A stretch of 64,000 nucleotides of DNA from Sphagnum compactum (taxonomy: Eukaryota): positions 35,578,213-35,642,212 of the forward strand of contig OZ234493.1 in assembly GCA_965153455.1 (NCBI GenBank). Reading direction: 5' to 3'. This document shows, one piece after another, positions 24,830 to 39,297 of this stretch (its first letter is position 1; each line of letters opens with the position of its first letter). Under the pieces are notes generated by a model. It saw only the letters and a program-made list of their open reading frames with translations. It was not told the DNA's origin and made no database searches. A program made the translations under genes and the position numbers.

Positions 24830-27800
24830 AGTGAGAATTGGGAAAGGTATCGTGATTTATATTACTTTCCTAGTAAGTTGGTTTTCAAACATGTTGGTTC
24901 TTCATGTGAAATAACAATTTCACATCTAGTTCTCACAACATGATTATCAAGTTTTTGTTCATTAAAAAGGAAATTTTTATACATCTCAAGTTGAAAAGTA
25001 AAAGTAAAACATAAATTGATGAAATTTTTTGCAACAACGTCTTTTATCCAAAACTTGTATCATTTCATCCCTTTTAGAAGCTCCTTCAAACTTTCAATTT
25101 GTTTTCTAAATGTACATTAATACCAATTAGTTTTAACAAGTTAGAAAGGGATTTGCAACCAACCTTAAGGTCATTGGGCTAATCTGTGTTCATAAAATTC
25201 AATTTGATTAAGTTGTTCAATTGCAAATGACATCTTTAAAAATTTATAAATATTCTAATTAGAGAAAAAAATCCTTTTAGTTTTAATTTGTGATCCAACA
25301 ATCCCCAAGATTTGACAAGCAAGGAATCCAACAATCGAAAACATGATTTTATGTTTGTTTCACAATTGAAAAAGACATTTGATGTCTTTCATTTGATATC
25401 ACTTGAAAATCAAAAGCTCTCCATTGACAAGCTCCTTTGCATTATCTCATTTGTGTTAGTTGTCATCTCAAAGATGTCCAAGTTGTAATTTTCAATAACT
25501 CCTTTTTGATGTTGGAGGCCAAATATTTTAATTCAAAAACAAAATTTGCATATTTTTTATTAGGTTATAAAGGAAATTGCAATTTTAATTTCATCTTTCA
25601 ATTTCAAAGTGATGGATATGGTAGAATGTAGTTTTGCCATGTCAAAGGAGATGACATTCATGCATTTTCATCACAATATTTTATTTGTTGTAACAAAATA
25701 CAATAGCTTCCTTGAAGTGTAGAACTTAAAATGTAGAACTTAAAAAACATTTACAATGTTTTTATTAGCAAATTTCAATTATTAAAAAACATTTATGATT
25801 TTATTTTTATAAGGATTTAAAAAAATGAAAATATGTTTTTTCAATAAAAATAAAAAATACATTGTCTTCATTGGGGTATTCAATTTCTTTAGGAGAAGAT
25901 CAAAATTAACACATGTTGTATTCCATGTTTTTCTACCTTTCCTTGTTTTTTTGGGCCAAGTCATTCATTTTCGCAAATCCCCTTATTTAGCTTTGATAGA
26001 TACATAATTAAAGCCTTTGCAAACAAAATTATCATTCTAGCATATTGGCATGCTTTAAGGAATGAATGGTCAAAACAAGGTCCTTGAAAACTTCCTTCCA
26101 AATTGAATACATCACAATTTAAACCAGTTTTAGTGTTGTTATCAAAATATTAGATTAGACCCTTCATCCTTTCACATAAATAAGAAATTTTCCTCCTCCA
26201 GACACACTTTGTCAACCACTCAACGAATTTTTTGGCAAAAATTGTTGAATAATATTTGTGGCCTCAAAAAGTTTAAAGGAAAATATGATTTGGTTTCTAA
26301 TTAGCCCTCAAAAAATTGATCATGTGCACCTTTTGATATCTAAAAGTCAAAGTTTGTAGTTGCAAAATGACATTATTTTCAAGGCTAGCAAAACATATAA
26401 TTGTTTAGTCTTTTTCATTAACTTGGGCATCATTTCTTATGAAAAAAGTTTTTTGGAAAAAAAACAACTTGTGAACACAAATGCATATTGGAATGCTAAA
26501 TAACCAAACATTTTCCACAATATAAAAGGGTAAATGACTTCTAATAATTAAAACATTAGATCTTAAAAAAACTAAATTGCTTTCATCTTTTTTGAAAGGT
26601 TTCTTTGTAGCAAAAAAATGGAGATGGAATTACTGGGTAAATTAAACCTTTTTTTCTTAATTTTCCTTCTTCTTTTGCTTTCATAAAGTCATTCACTTCT
26701 TCAAATAGTTTTGCAATAACATAATAGTTTGCATGCATATGTGCTTTCAATGCATTTATTTCATTTGTTGTATAATATAAAATTAAGCCTTTTCTTGTTT
26801 TCATTTGTGAGTTTGAAATTATGACTATACTATTGTAACAAGGAATACAACTCATGACTTGAGGAGATTTAGGATTGACATAGTAAAATGCTCAGCACAA
26901 TAAAATCATGATGCATGGTTTCCAAAATTTTCTTTGCACATGTAACTATTGTAAATTTTCTTTCATTTTTCAAAAAATAATTTTTGGGTTTCTTACTTTG
27001 TTTGAAGACTTGGATTTCCTTCAAACATCTCTTACAAAACTTCATTTTCAATTTCCATTTCATTCATGAAAACATCACATGCATTTTCATTTATTTTTTT
27101 TCAGTTTTAGAAGATTATTTCATGTTCAATTTTTACAAGAGAAAACACCCACCAATGATGAACAACACCTACCAATGATGTGAAACAACTATAGAAAATG
27201 AACAATAAAAGTTGAAAACGAACAACAATAGTAGTCGGCGATGAACAACAATACCAACAATTAATGATGAACATCAATAAATAATGGCAAGTACAATTGA
27301 CACTAAATAATAAAGGTTAAACAACAACAAAAGTTGAACATCAATTGATGCGCATTTGATGATGAGCAACAAGCAGAGGCATTTAAGCTTCAAGAAAAAA
27401 AAAAGGCTCTTCTTCCAACAAAGGAACCACCAATAAAAAGGAACACAACTCTAATAAAAAAACTCCTAGAAAAAAGAACAAGACAAGAAAGCTCCCAAAC
27501 ACAAAGAGCAAGAGAGAAAGGGGAAATTATGAAAAAGAGGAAAAAAATGAAAAAAAAAAATCATTGAAAGAGGCGATGATTTTCACATAAGCTTTGGAAG
27601 TTGTTGGGCACTACCATGCTAATCCCAATCCTAGTCCTCACCTTTGGATCCCTAATCTAAAGCTTTATTTTCTTAAAACTTCTAACACCTTACTAGATTA
27701 TAGACCTACAGACATACTATGTAGACCCTTAAAAACCACATTTGAATCTTAAGATTTGAAAATGTAAAAATGAGAATTGGGTTTTTTCAATTCAATTTTC

Positions 27801-27925
27801 ATTCGGGTGATAACTAGGTGGTTGGTTTTCAAGCTGATTATCATTGTTTATGATACAACTAGCTAACTATCATAATGAGAATTGGTTAGTTAACCGAGCA
27901 ACCTCTTAATAACCATCCAACATTT
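24830..27925 (-). mobile_element. Decayed hAT-like DNA transposon
   Basis: Minus-strand ORF 26583-26855 (MSCIPCYN...RKGLILYYTTNEINALKAHMHANY..IAKLFEE) resembles the BED-type Zn finger region of hAT transposases. Downstream frames are broken. Subterminal ggtt/aacc repeats lie at both ends; boundaries approximate. Confidence 0.6.
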
Positions 27926-28769
27926 CATTTCTACAATTACAATTTCTAGGTTGGTTTGTTGCACATTCAATGCCTTTGCACAATCAAGAGTTTTGCATTT
28001 CTATGAGTACAATTTCAAAGTCAATTTGCTGCACCCATGGTGCCTTTAACAAGCATTCAGAACATGGGCATTTGTGAACAATTGAAACTTTGGTGAAAAC
28101 CAACATTTACAACATGGAAGCCCATGAACAACTTCATTGCAACAAGGATTTGTAACTTCTACAAGCATTAGGGATTTATAATTCACCTATAGTTTGATTA
28201 TTTCCAACCTTGACAACAACAACTTTAAGTGTAGATGATTTCCAAATTAGTAACAACATATTGAATTTGAAATTGTTGCCCTAAGGATGTCATTACTTGT
28301 ATATTTTAGGAAGCCCTTGAGATAAAAAATGGTCGTTTGTAGTTTGTTATGAAGTAATGGCATATTATAAATATATAGTAAGTATATTCTAAAACATAAT
28401 AAATATATTTAAAGTATATTTTCATAGTGAATTGTAGATGACCTATTTACATTTAAGTAAATTGAAAATTATATATATTTTCAATAAGTTGCACCTTTTT
28501 TTTGCACATTGTTTGGAATAAAATGGAAGTGACCTCCTTAGGATTGTTGCAACCATGAAAATTCAAGTACACATTCATTTCCTCTAACATCCAAAATACA
28601 CATTGCAAAAAATTATTGATAGTTGAATTGATGTTAAATGTCATTTTGTAGAGGATGCAAAGATTCAATTACTTAGAGACATGATGGATTACAAGTTGGA
28701 AGGAGAGGTGCACATAGACTATTGTTAGTGATTTTGTTTTAAAGTCCACTTGTGAAATCAACACAAAGA

Positions 28770-29200
28770 AGCCACAACAACCAAGTTGGGAGTACCAAAA
28801 GGTGGTCGTGTTAATTGTTGCAAAAAATGAAGGGTACGTAGTTAGGTTAAATGTTGCAGATCCAAGGACCAAATGGAGACTAATGTTTCCAAATGGTGAA
28901 AAATTATAGATGTAATTAATGTAAGTGGGCACTCACCACTAGCAAGAAATGGGGTAGCATTGTAAAGGTAATTGGGGTGCAGTCTATGGAAACTTGAAGT
29001 ACATATTCAATTACATGTTAATAATAAGAAGCAATAAAAAATATTGAGATTTAACTTCAACAAAGAAGGTAACTTTGAACATCCTTCAACATTATAACAA
29101 GGGGATGTATGAACTCATAGATTCATTCATGGGGAAGTTGCCCAATGCGACATCCTCTCATGTTCGTATTCTTATGTCTCCAAATGACAAAGTCTTTAGT
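28770..29200 (+). mobile_element. Relic Myb/SANT-like (trihelix) ORF, probably PIF/Harbinger ORF1
   Basis: Piecewise translation SWEYQKVVVLIVAK...VADPR / ETNVSKW*KI / SGHSPLARNG / CKGNWGAVYGNLKYIFNY gives the W...W...R...C..W pattern. Contains stops and frameshifts. Confidence 0.6.
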
Positions 29201-30664
29201 TCTCGTGTGTTGTGATTAAAAATCAAGGCATAAATCAATGTACCACCACCAATTTCACCTTTGCGATTCTTGGTATCAAGGGAGACCATGCAACTAGACT
29301 CCTTTACACCACTAGTTCATGCAAAACAAGTTCCAAACATAGAGGTACTACACATTCCTCCAACACTTGATACAAAAGAAGAATTGATTCAATTGGGAAC
29401 ATTTCAAGATTATTTACATGAAATAATTCAAGAGGAGATTTCACAAAACAACAGGATTTTAATGCAATAGGTAGAATGATCAAACCTTTTTGGTGCGATC
29501 ACAATCAAATGAACCAACGGTGATGAAGGACTCAAAGACTATGGTCCTTTTTGTGGTCATTTTCACTTTATCATAGAAAGGACTTTTGGGACGAAATCTT
29601 TTGCAATATGTTACCAAATATACGTATAATGTTTTCAATACATCAAATTTTTTGTATTAACTTTTCATGAATAACTAAGAATTTTTGAAAAGTGTACAGA
29701 TTCTACCAATTTTTTTTGTTTCGTTTAAAAAATTTATTTTTAATTTCAAATTGTATGAAAATACGCTAATCATTTAATGTTTTATTTTATTGTTTCATAA
29801 ACTACAACTTTGTTTTAGATGTCATGTACGTTACACCCCATTTACATGTGGTAAAGGAGTCTTGAAATTTTAAAATTATGTTCAATAGATTTTTAATTTT
29901 TAAAAATTTCAAATTTCACAACTTTCAAATTGTGAATGTTTTTTGAGTGTGGATAATCAATTAACATCATCTCAATTTTTTTCTCATCAAAATTCTTTTA
30001 TAAAAAGAGTTTTTAGTTTAGTTTTTTACAAAATTGACTACTTTTGATGCAATCGTTGTTTAAGTTCAAAAGTCTTTTTATTAAAACCAAAACCCAAAAT
30101 AATTTTTTTTGATTTTTTTTTTGAATTCTTCAACATTCATATTAATCATTTAGCACTACATTCCATGATTATCATGACATTAAAATGGCACCACAAAAAT
30201 ATATCTAACAAAATTATAGTTTTTATAGAATTTTGGCAGTCACCTAACGTGCTCTTTGGCTCGTTTGATTGTGATTGCACCCTTTTATGGTTCTTGGTTG
30301 AATGTCATTTGGCAACACAAGTGTTAAACATAAGTCATTTATTGCAAACAATGCCATGGTGGAAGTGATCGAAAGGGGCAACAAAATGCTAGTGATTTCA
30401 ATTGACAAAATCCACATGACAAATTTAGAAATCAAATAACATGATCATAAACACAAGAAAAACTTCAAAACCAATATATTGAGTATTTCAATATGAAAAA
30501 TGTCAAAATCAATTGCACATATGAAAATATGGTTAAAGATATATTTGTATTGACTTGTGTCATGGGCATGGTATATTCAAAGGGGAATAATAGAAGTTCA
30601 CTTAAAGTCATTATAGTTATTAAAGACCAAGAAGATGAAGAATTTGTTTAAGAATTCATGAATT

Positions 30665-30960
30665 AACTAAACTTGATGAAATTAAAATTGCAAATAAGAT
30701 GCAAAGATGTGTACATGTAAAAACCAAAGGCATAGATGTGTATCTATTTAGACAACTGATTTTATAACTTGTTTGAAAACTCATGGACTAGTTAGACTTG
30801 ATGTAAAAATAATTGCAAATAAACAATGGAGGTGTATACCTATAGAGATCAGGGGCAGATATGCATACCTACTTAGACACTTGATTTCAAAACTTGTTTG
30901 ATAATTCACAAGCTAGTTTTATACTTGATTTAAATAAAATAACAAACAAGATGAAAGGGG
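30665..30960. repeat. ~127-bp tandem repeat, about 2.3 copies
   Basis: acttgat...aattgcaaataa...tgtgta...ttagaca...gattt...aacttgtttga recurs. Confidence 0.7.
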
Positions 30961-32099
30961 TTGAACCACACTTACTCCTTTAGACCATTTCAATTGATTT
31001 TTTTATGAAGAACATTCTTGAAATATTTTCAATATATCTTTTAAACAATCTTCAAAGTTTTTTTATATTATTACGTTAAGGTTTGTATTAAAAATTTGTC
31101 AAAAATAATCATTTTCAAATATTTTAAAATCATGCATTGAATGTTTTTATTGTTTAAAAACATTGGTTACAATTGTTTTTAAAATGTTTTTGGGTATTTT
31201 TATTCATTATATTGATTTTGAATTTTAAAAATATGTATACCAATATATTGAAAATAACATTGTATAGAAACTACTTAATTTGTAGTTCTTTCCCCCTTCG
31301 ATGCTAGATACACAAATTAAGTAGTGGTCACAAAGGTGTAGTTTCGTTAACTTTGGTACATGTTAGCACAAGTACACCTAGAGGTGTATACTTGTAAAGG
31401 TTAAAAATAAATATGTGTACATGCTGAAACACTTGATTTTAGACCATGTTTCTTTTGTGCCCCATGTAAATATCTAGTTTAGAATGTTAATTTTGTTTTT
31501 AGAATTCATGTCATGTAATTACATTTGATAAAAGAACTAGCTCATGCCATTTGCTTGTTTTGCTCTTACTTTGTGTCTTTGATACGAATGGCCTTTTTGT
31601 GCAACAACATTTAGTCTAAGGATATGTGACCAAGTTAACTTCATGTTCTATTATATTTTAAATGAATTTTGGATAAATTTACCATGGTGAAAATGGCGAA
31701 CCTTGAGGGAATGTGGATTAGTGGCTATGAATAAATGAATAACTAAATTCATCAACAATTAATTCAATAGGTTTTCTTCTTAGTTCATAACTAGGTTAAG
31801 CATTTAAAAACCTATATTAGGTTAAAAACTTAGTCCATTTCAATTTCAATTAAAAACTTAGGTTACCTAACCATCAACTCAGGGTGTGAGTGCGACAATT
31901 TGAACCCTTTCCTCACCTATAAGCTTAAGGAACAAGTTCTTAACCATTGAACTATTTATATTTAAATAGTGAAACAATTTGTCACCGTATGTTATAAAAC
32001 ACATTTTTTTCTTAATCACCTAGGTATCTTTCCTACCTATGTTACTTTGTTACTTTACCTTACATACTTATGTAACTTATTATAGTAATAGGCTACCCA

Positions 32100-33325
32100 A
32101 ATTTATGTGTAGACTATCATAAAGTAGGTTTTTAACCGAATCTTTTGCTATTCTTAGATTAATGTAAACTATTTTAGGCTATTATTAGATTGCCATAAAC
32201 TATTTTAAAACTACCATACATTAGGATTTTAGGTTAGTCTTAATTTGTTTTAGGTTATTCTATTATATGTTATTTTCAATTGTCCCACCTTTGGCTATTC
32301 TACTTTAAGCTATTCTTAACCATTATAGGTTATTCTACCTTAAGCAATTGTAGATTATTTTATCCTAGCTATTTTCAACTATTTTAGGTTATTCTACTTT
32401 AGTTTATTCTTAGCTATTATAAGTTATTTTATCTTAATTTATTCATGGCTATTTTAAGTTATTCAACCCTAGGTTATTTTATGTCATTTTTACTTATTCC
32501 AAGCTATTCCACCTTAGGTCATTTTTGGCTATTCCATTCTAAGCTATTTTGGATATATTGTCATAAACTATTTTGGACTAGTATGCCTTAGGTTATTTTA
32601 GACGATGCAACTTTAGGCTATAACCCTAGGCTATTTTTAGGGTATAACCTAGGCTATAATATTTTATAATAAGTTAAAATACTTTAAGGTATAACACATA
32701 ATAACTTATGATAGAATAACATAAAATAACATAAAGTATAACCTATAATAGCCTAGGGTAGAATAATTTAGAATATTGTATGGCAAAATAACCTAGAATA
32801 AGTGAGAATGACTTAAAGCAGAATAATTTATAATAACCAAAAATATCATAAGGTACATTGAGTCTAGTGTGTATAATTTCACATTAACAATAACCTATTG
32901 TGGAATGACTTAGAATAACTAGAAATAACATAAGATAAAATAACTCATAATAGTGTAAGGTGAAATAACCTAAAATAACCTAAGGTTAATAATTCAAAAT
33001 AACTTAGGGTGAATTAACCTATAATAATTTAGGGCAAAATAATTTATAATAGCTGATAATAACCTAAAACATAATAGCCTATAATAACCTAGGGTGAAAT
33101 AACCTAGAATAACCAATAAGATTTTAAAATAAATAACCTAAAATAACATAGGGTGGAATAATATAAAATGAATTAGTTTATAATAAATAAAAATAATTTA
33201 AAATGACCTAGAAAAAAACCTATAATAACCAAAAATAACCTAGGGTGAAATAATATAAAATAAACAAGAATAACCTAAAATAAAATAGCTTAAAATAACC
33301 CAAGGTAAAATAACTTAAGGTATTT
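32100..33325. repeat. Foldback-like element built from short subrepeats in opposite orientations
   Basis: The left arm is dense in taggttatt/taagctatt and the right arm in the reverse complement aataaccta/aatagctta. The switch is at ~32610-32660. Confidence 0.75.
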
Positions 33326-34179
33326 ACATTAACAACATGAAAAGAAACATATTTATTATAATGAATTGTTTCAATTAGTAATAAATTATGTAAATTAATA
33401 TTGAATCATGATAATTACATAATGACCTTATACTTACATGATTTTAAACAAGGTGAAATTTCATAATGATTGTAATGTTGATGACTTTGGTGTAACCCAA
33501 TGACCAAAATCAATGCAAAAGAACCCCAAGTTCGTGACAATGGAGATAAATGGAACCATAGACCATTTGTTGTAGGTTGGATGTAGGAATTGAATTTGGT
33601 TGAAAAACAACAAACAAAGGTGGCAAATCAAGTGGACAAAACATAACTTACAATAGAAAAATGAGAAACACAACGACATTTGTAATTATAACATCTTTTT
33701 TGATTGGCATTCATAGAAGATCTCTAAAAACAAGAAATCGAACAACAAACAAACAAAAATTAAAATTGTGATGGAGGAAATGAAAAAACTTTGCACAAAG
33801 GAAAAAAACTCAAAGCGTCAAATGAGAAATGTGTAGAATGCAAGAAAACATGATGTTGCAAAGTAAGTTGCAATAGGATGAGTTTCTAATCATAGAGCAA
33901 AATGAAGAAGAATGTTGAACTACTGTAAACAAGATGAAGCCAAAGGACAATTTGAAAGATCAAAATGAGATGACAAAGAACGTTGGTGTTACAAAAAAAA
34001 TCAATCAAACATAAAATAACTTTTGTAATTATGGAGTAAGATGAAGAAAAGGTTGTTACCATAAAAAAGAATGAACACACATGAATAGATATGAACATAG
34101 CAAGATAGAGAGGAACACTATGTGATAGATTTTATTTTTGATGCACATGATTGTAAATGATCATAACAAGTAAAAGAAA

Positions 34180-34565
34180 ATGCCATTGTTGCAAAAAGAA
34201 AGAATGTAGACAAAGGAATTGCAAATGATTAAAGTTAGATGCATAAGAACATCATTATCATAAAAAAAAAACACACACACACACACACAAACATGAGTTG
34301 CAAAGGATTAGATCAAAACACAAAAGAATGTTGTTGTCATAAATATAAGAACATGCACACCTAAAATTACAAAGGATTAGATCAAGACATAAAAGAATGC
34401 TGTTGTAATAAAAGGAATGTTGTAGTAAAAGAAAATATGCACACACACACAAGTTGCAAATGATTAGATCAAGATGGAAAAGAACATAATTGTTGCAAAG
34501 AAAGAGAAACACACAAAGGAGACACAATTTGATTGGAGCAAGATGTAAAGGAATGCCATTGTCCC
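34180..34565 (+). repeat. ~70-85-bp tandem repeats
   Basis: gttgcaaa.gattagatcaa.a...aaaagaatg.tgttgt occurs about 5 times. Confidence 0.75.
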
Positions 34566-36251
34566 AAATGTTTGACCAATGCTGGCATCCTTGAAATGCT
34601 AATCTAATATTTATATAAATCTACATGTAATAACATATCAAATGATGATAAATAATTCTAACCTAAACTTTTTGTTAATCTAGTCTAGTGCTAGGTATAG
34701 ATAGGTGGTGTCCTTTTATTTTGTTGGTAGATTAGAACCTTGGTAGGTTGTTAGTGGCAACTTAAAGAAAACCTACATTCAAGTGATGTTAGAGCTAATG
34801 AAAGATGATTCCCTAACAAGTCTAGGGTGTGGTCACACATTAAAAGAAGGTTTCCCCAGTGCTACTAAAACAAGATTTGAACTGGGTTGATTATTAAATT
34901 GTTCTTTACAAAGAAAATGCACTTCCTAAGGTGTGTTCAATAGGAACTCTCAAACACACTATACAAGTGACATGCAACCACCACCCTTTGTCCCCCAGGT
35001 TGCTTTTTGGGGGGCGGGTTTGCCATAAAAAGTCAGGGATAGGATATAAAAGTCCAATGTCAGAGCTTACTTATACCTATGCAGATGGGTTGCAATTAAC
35101 TAGAGTTAAGCTCAAAGTATGGACCACTCATTGAGCTGTCATTTTGGTGTTGGGGGGGTCCTCAAATCCCAAGAAGAAGCTCTGCAGGGTATGGTGCATG
35201 GCAAGCTCTTTGACATGGATGTCTTTACCTTGATCCTCCACAATAGAGAACAAAACCCAAAGGGAATCAATCTCTTGTTGCAAGTGGGTTATGTGGGTAG
35301 GTAGCTGAGTGAGTGGGTGGGTGGATGGATGGATGGATGGATGGATGTTTCTCGTAGGGGGTGTTTTTCATTTTGTTTAGGTGATCTAGTTTGGGGATGT
35401 TTTTATGTTTTTTTTTAATAGGGTTATGGGGTGAGGGGGGGGATCATCATCATTCATGTTGGCAACAAGAAATTGAAGCCAAAATTGCTACAACAAATGG
35501 TGGGTCATGATAATAAAACCAGCCACATTCAAAGCATAGCATGAATGAACACATTAGTTGAACCATGGGAAAGGACACCACAAAACTACAACCTCCTCCG
35601 CATCATTCACACTCATAGAACACAAAACCAAACAATCATGTCTTCTTCTTTCTTTCTTTCTATCTATCCTGAATCTCACGAAACAATGGCGTCTAGAATA
35701 GTCATCAGAACCGCTTAATCTCTTTGAAATTATTATTGTATGATGATCCCACTCTTGCATGCAACTTTAAAAATGTGTTCTATTTGTCAACAACAACAAA
35801 CTTGAAAGCGGCGAGAGAAAAAAATAAAATTGTTCATGTGAGCACAAACTCAACACCTGAAAAAACCAAAGGAAATTGATGGAAATCCCATCATTAAAAT
35901 ATTTGCCTTAATTATCAGGTAGGGGAGAGGAAAAAAACTCATCATTCTAGTAGAGCTTTGCTTGCTGGTGGAGCTTCCCTTGTCATTAATATATGTTTTG
36001 TTTTTTTTGGGTTTTTTTGAGCTCACCCACACAAGCGTGTTCGTGCTTCTTCCTGTGCCTGCAAAGAAGCACTTCTTTCCAAGAAGGGATGGATCCAACC
36101 ACCCATTTGGCTGGCTAGTTGGATACATTGAAATTTGGATGTCAACAACAAACAAAATCCAAGAGAAAAATCTCATGCAACTCAGACATGCTGACAAAAT
36201 AACAACTTCAATTCTATTAGGAATCAGGAGCTGCCTCTGACATACACCTAA

Positions 36252-36256
<5 letters not shown>

Positions 36257-36293
<37 letters not shown>
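36257..36293. repeat. (CA)n microsatellite
   Basis: Directly visible. Confidence 0.95.
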
Positions 36294-36294
<1 letters not shown>

Positions 36295-37440
36295 TTGTAT
36301 TTTGATCAAGAAGTTGAGATGTTTCAGCTTGTTGTGGAATGGTGACCCGAAACAAAATTTTCAAAAAAAATTGCACTTGTTAAGAACTTGTGTAGAGATC
36401 TACTGTTCAACAACATGTTTCACATCATCCTCACATTCGTATCCTGCCATTGTACCATGGTAAGTCCAACATTTCGGTGTCGAATAATAATTATTTTTCC
36501 AATTTTTCGAAAATCGATTCCATTTCGAAAACTAGAAGGCTTCAGAATATTCCAAAAGATTCTCACCATTTCCTTCAAGAATTTTGGGGGTTAAATTTTT
36601 TCAACAATTCTAAACATAATATAATTAGTGTCCAAGCTGCCACTGTACTATACGGTATATAAGAAAATGAACTTGGTCACTCACTACTACCATTGTCACT
36701 CATAACTTTCCTAACGTAAAAAGAAAATAGAAAAACATGACCCAAGAACAGCACACCACACTTGTGGTTTCACTTCATATTTATGGAGATGATGAAGCCC
36801 AAAAAAAGAAAAGAAAACTGCAGGTATATATGGGTAGTGAAATTACCCGTGCAAGCCCCATATAGTAGTACATGGGTATTAGGTGGTTATCAGCGCATCA
36901 AATATTTCAAAATTTTAGTTAGATTTTCTTTGTCATACTAAATGTTTGGGCTTTTTTCTTTTCAGCCCGTTGTCTTGGTCACCACCTATTTATTTACTAT
37001 GCTAATGGGACATTGTTTAATACACGACTATAAACATTGGCAAGGGTAAAGAGAGGAAGAGGTAGTTAAAGGAGGAGAGATTGTTGAAGTTGAATGTATG
37101 AAGTGAATGCACACATCTCCTTGCTATTAACATATGAGTTGTGCAAAAACATGGTGAAACTTGGTTGACACTTGAAGAAGCCATAACTTGATGATAAAAT
37201 GTGTCCCACGTAGCTATTTTAGATGGATTTTGCCTTCGGAATAACATACATCACGTTTCACCTTACAAGTTTTGTTCATTTAATCTTTTATCTCTTCAAA
37301 ATCATATGTGATACACAATAGAGTTATCAGTAAAGTCAAACAGTCAGATTAGGGGGCGAGAACGGCCAGTTTCGGCATAATAGGGCATCAAACGCATTAC
37401 CTGGGAATGAAAATTTTACAAAAGGAAATAACTGGTTTTG

Positions 37441-37722
37441 CCACCAATTTTGGTTGTAAATTGAGTTTCGTCCTGTGTTTCCTTTTTCCTGAGCGCCTGC
37501 ACTGATGCTACATATATTTTCACTGCTCCTACCTATACAACTACTATAATTAGTCTCGAACCCTGTGCATTTAAATGCTGAGTTTCAGCATGTCGTACCC
37601 AGATTTAATAATAAAATTTTCTTACTACCTACTATAATTAGTCTCGAAACTTGTGCATTAAATGCTGAGTTTCAGCATTTCATACCCAGATTTAACAAAA
37701 TTTTGTTACTTTGTGGATACCA
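37441..37722 (+). repeat. Dispersed element copy A, with an internal ~87-bp duplication
   Basis: Matches the reverse complement of 60945-61137. Contains the hairpin atgctgagtttcagcat twice. Confidence 0.88.
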
Positions 37723-39297
37723 CTGAAAGTGGGGATAGGGGGCGAAAGCAGAGGACGTAGGGGGTGAAACAGAGGGTGACTTTACTCTAATGCACATGAG
37801 ATATGTGCACCTAAAGGCTTATAGTATACTTGGCGACCAAACTCTTGGTTATTAATTAATTTGTATTTGTGTTCGTTATCTAAAATAATTCAAAAATGTT
37901 GTTTAACTTTCCTAAGGTGGAGAACCCATCTTATCTTGGGTTCAAACGAAGTTAAACACCCCATGTGAAAAGATAATAGATTCACAAAATTCACATAACT
38001 CACCTATGGATGAAGGTAATACCTTTGATTTAAGAAACTTGAGGCTCTTAATCATGTTAATTCTATCAATACCAAAAAAGAAAGATTTGAGATATGAATT
38101 GATGCACTCCATTCCATTGAAACGCAATTTTGTTACATATTTGCTTGTTTCTAAACGTTCGCCATTTACTTTTTCTTTTTTTTAATGTGTTTAAAAGCAA
38201 CTTGTGATTTCCATTAAGTAGAGACTACATGGGGAAATGATAATTAATGGGTTCTTTGAGGTGAATTGGTTTTTTGAATGTGTGAAAGAAAAAGCCAAAC
38301 AACCTTATGATTCACATATCATATTCACATTATTAATTCAACCTCATTGGTGTTCATAACATGTTTTAACCATACTATCAATGATTTTCTTTTCCCCTCA
38401 ATTTTGTGATGCTGCTCAAGTGGCAAATCATACATAAGTATATTTAGCCAAATTTGGCGATATTCAAAATATGAAAGTAGAATATTTATATTGTAGGCAA
38501 TTGTGGTTGAGCGATGTGGGTTGAGCAGCTCACATGGGAATAAAACTTATGTCAAATAATTTAGCCTTATAGGATGGAATGATACTTACCCAATAATTAT
38601 GAATAAGTATAGGATTTAAAGTTTAATTAGGGCTAAACCCTACTTAATTATGAACCTCCATTTTGAGAAATACACTAGTTGACAAACTATAAGGCTATTC
38701 CTTTTTGATAAATACTACTTGGAGGGTTCACCCCAGAATGGAAAGCCAACAATGGAAAAGAAAACCTAACTTAAGTTTCTCCCATTTGATAAATTACTTA
38801 ATATACTTTGATGCTCAACCTAAATAAAAAAAGGAAAAGAAAGAAGAGTCCCTACAATAAAAGAAAATTGAGTGCTTAAGACTTTGATGTCCAACCTGAA
38901 AAGAACAAGAAAGCCAAAGAAGAAGGAAAAGAAAGAGTCCCAACAGTAAAAGAAAATTGGCAGATCTCAGGCAAAAAAGAAAGCCAAAAAAGAAGGAGAA
39001 AAGAAAGAGTCCCTAGACAGTAAAAGAGAGATTCAGCACGCCCTCTTTCGGGCAGAAAAATCCGGGCAGGAGTAATAAAATTCTGGAGTGTACGTGCCCC
39101 TTTGATGTGGCGGTTAGGTAGCGGCCAGCGCCCGTGAAAACGCAAGGCTCTCGCCATCGCTGCCGCGCCGCCGCTCCTCGCGTGCTCGACTTTCGCATCT
39201 GCGCTTCTCTCTTCTCTCGATCTCCATCTCCATCTCTCGCGCTCTCTTCTTGTTCTTCTTCTTCGCACCAGCATTGTCTTCTGTTGTTGAAGAAGAA

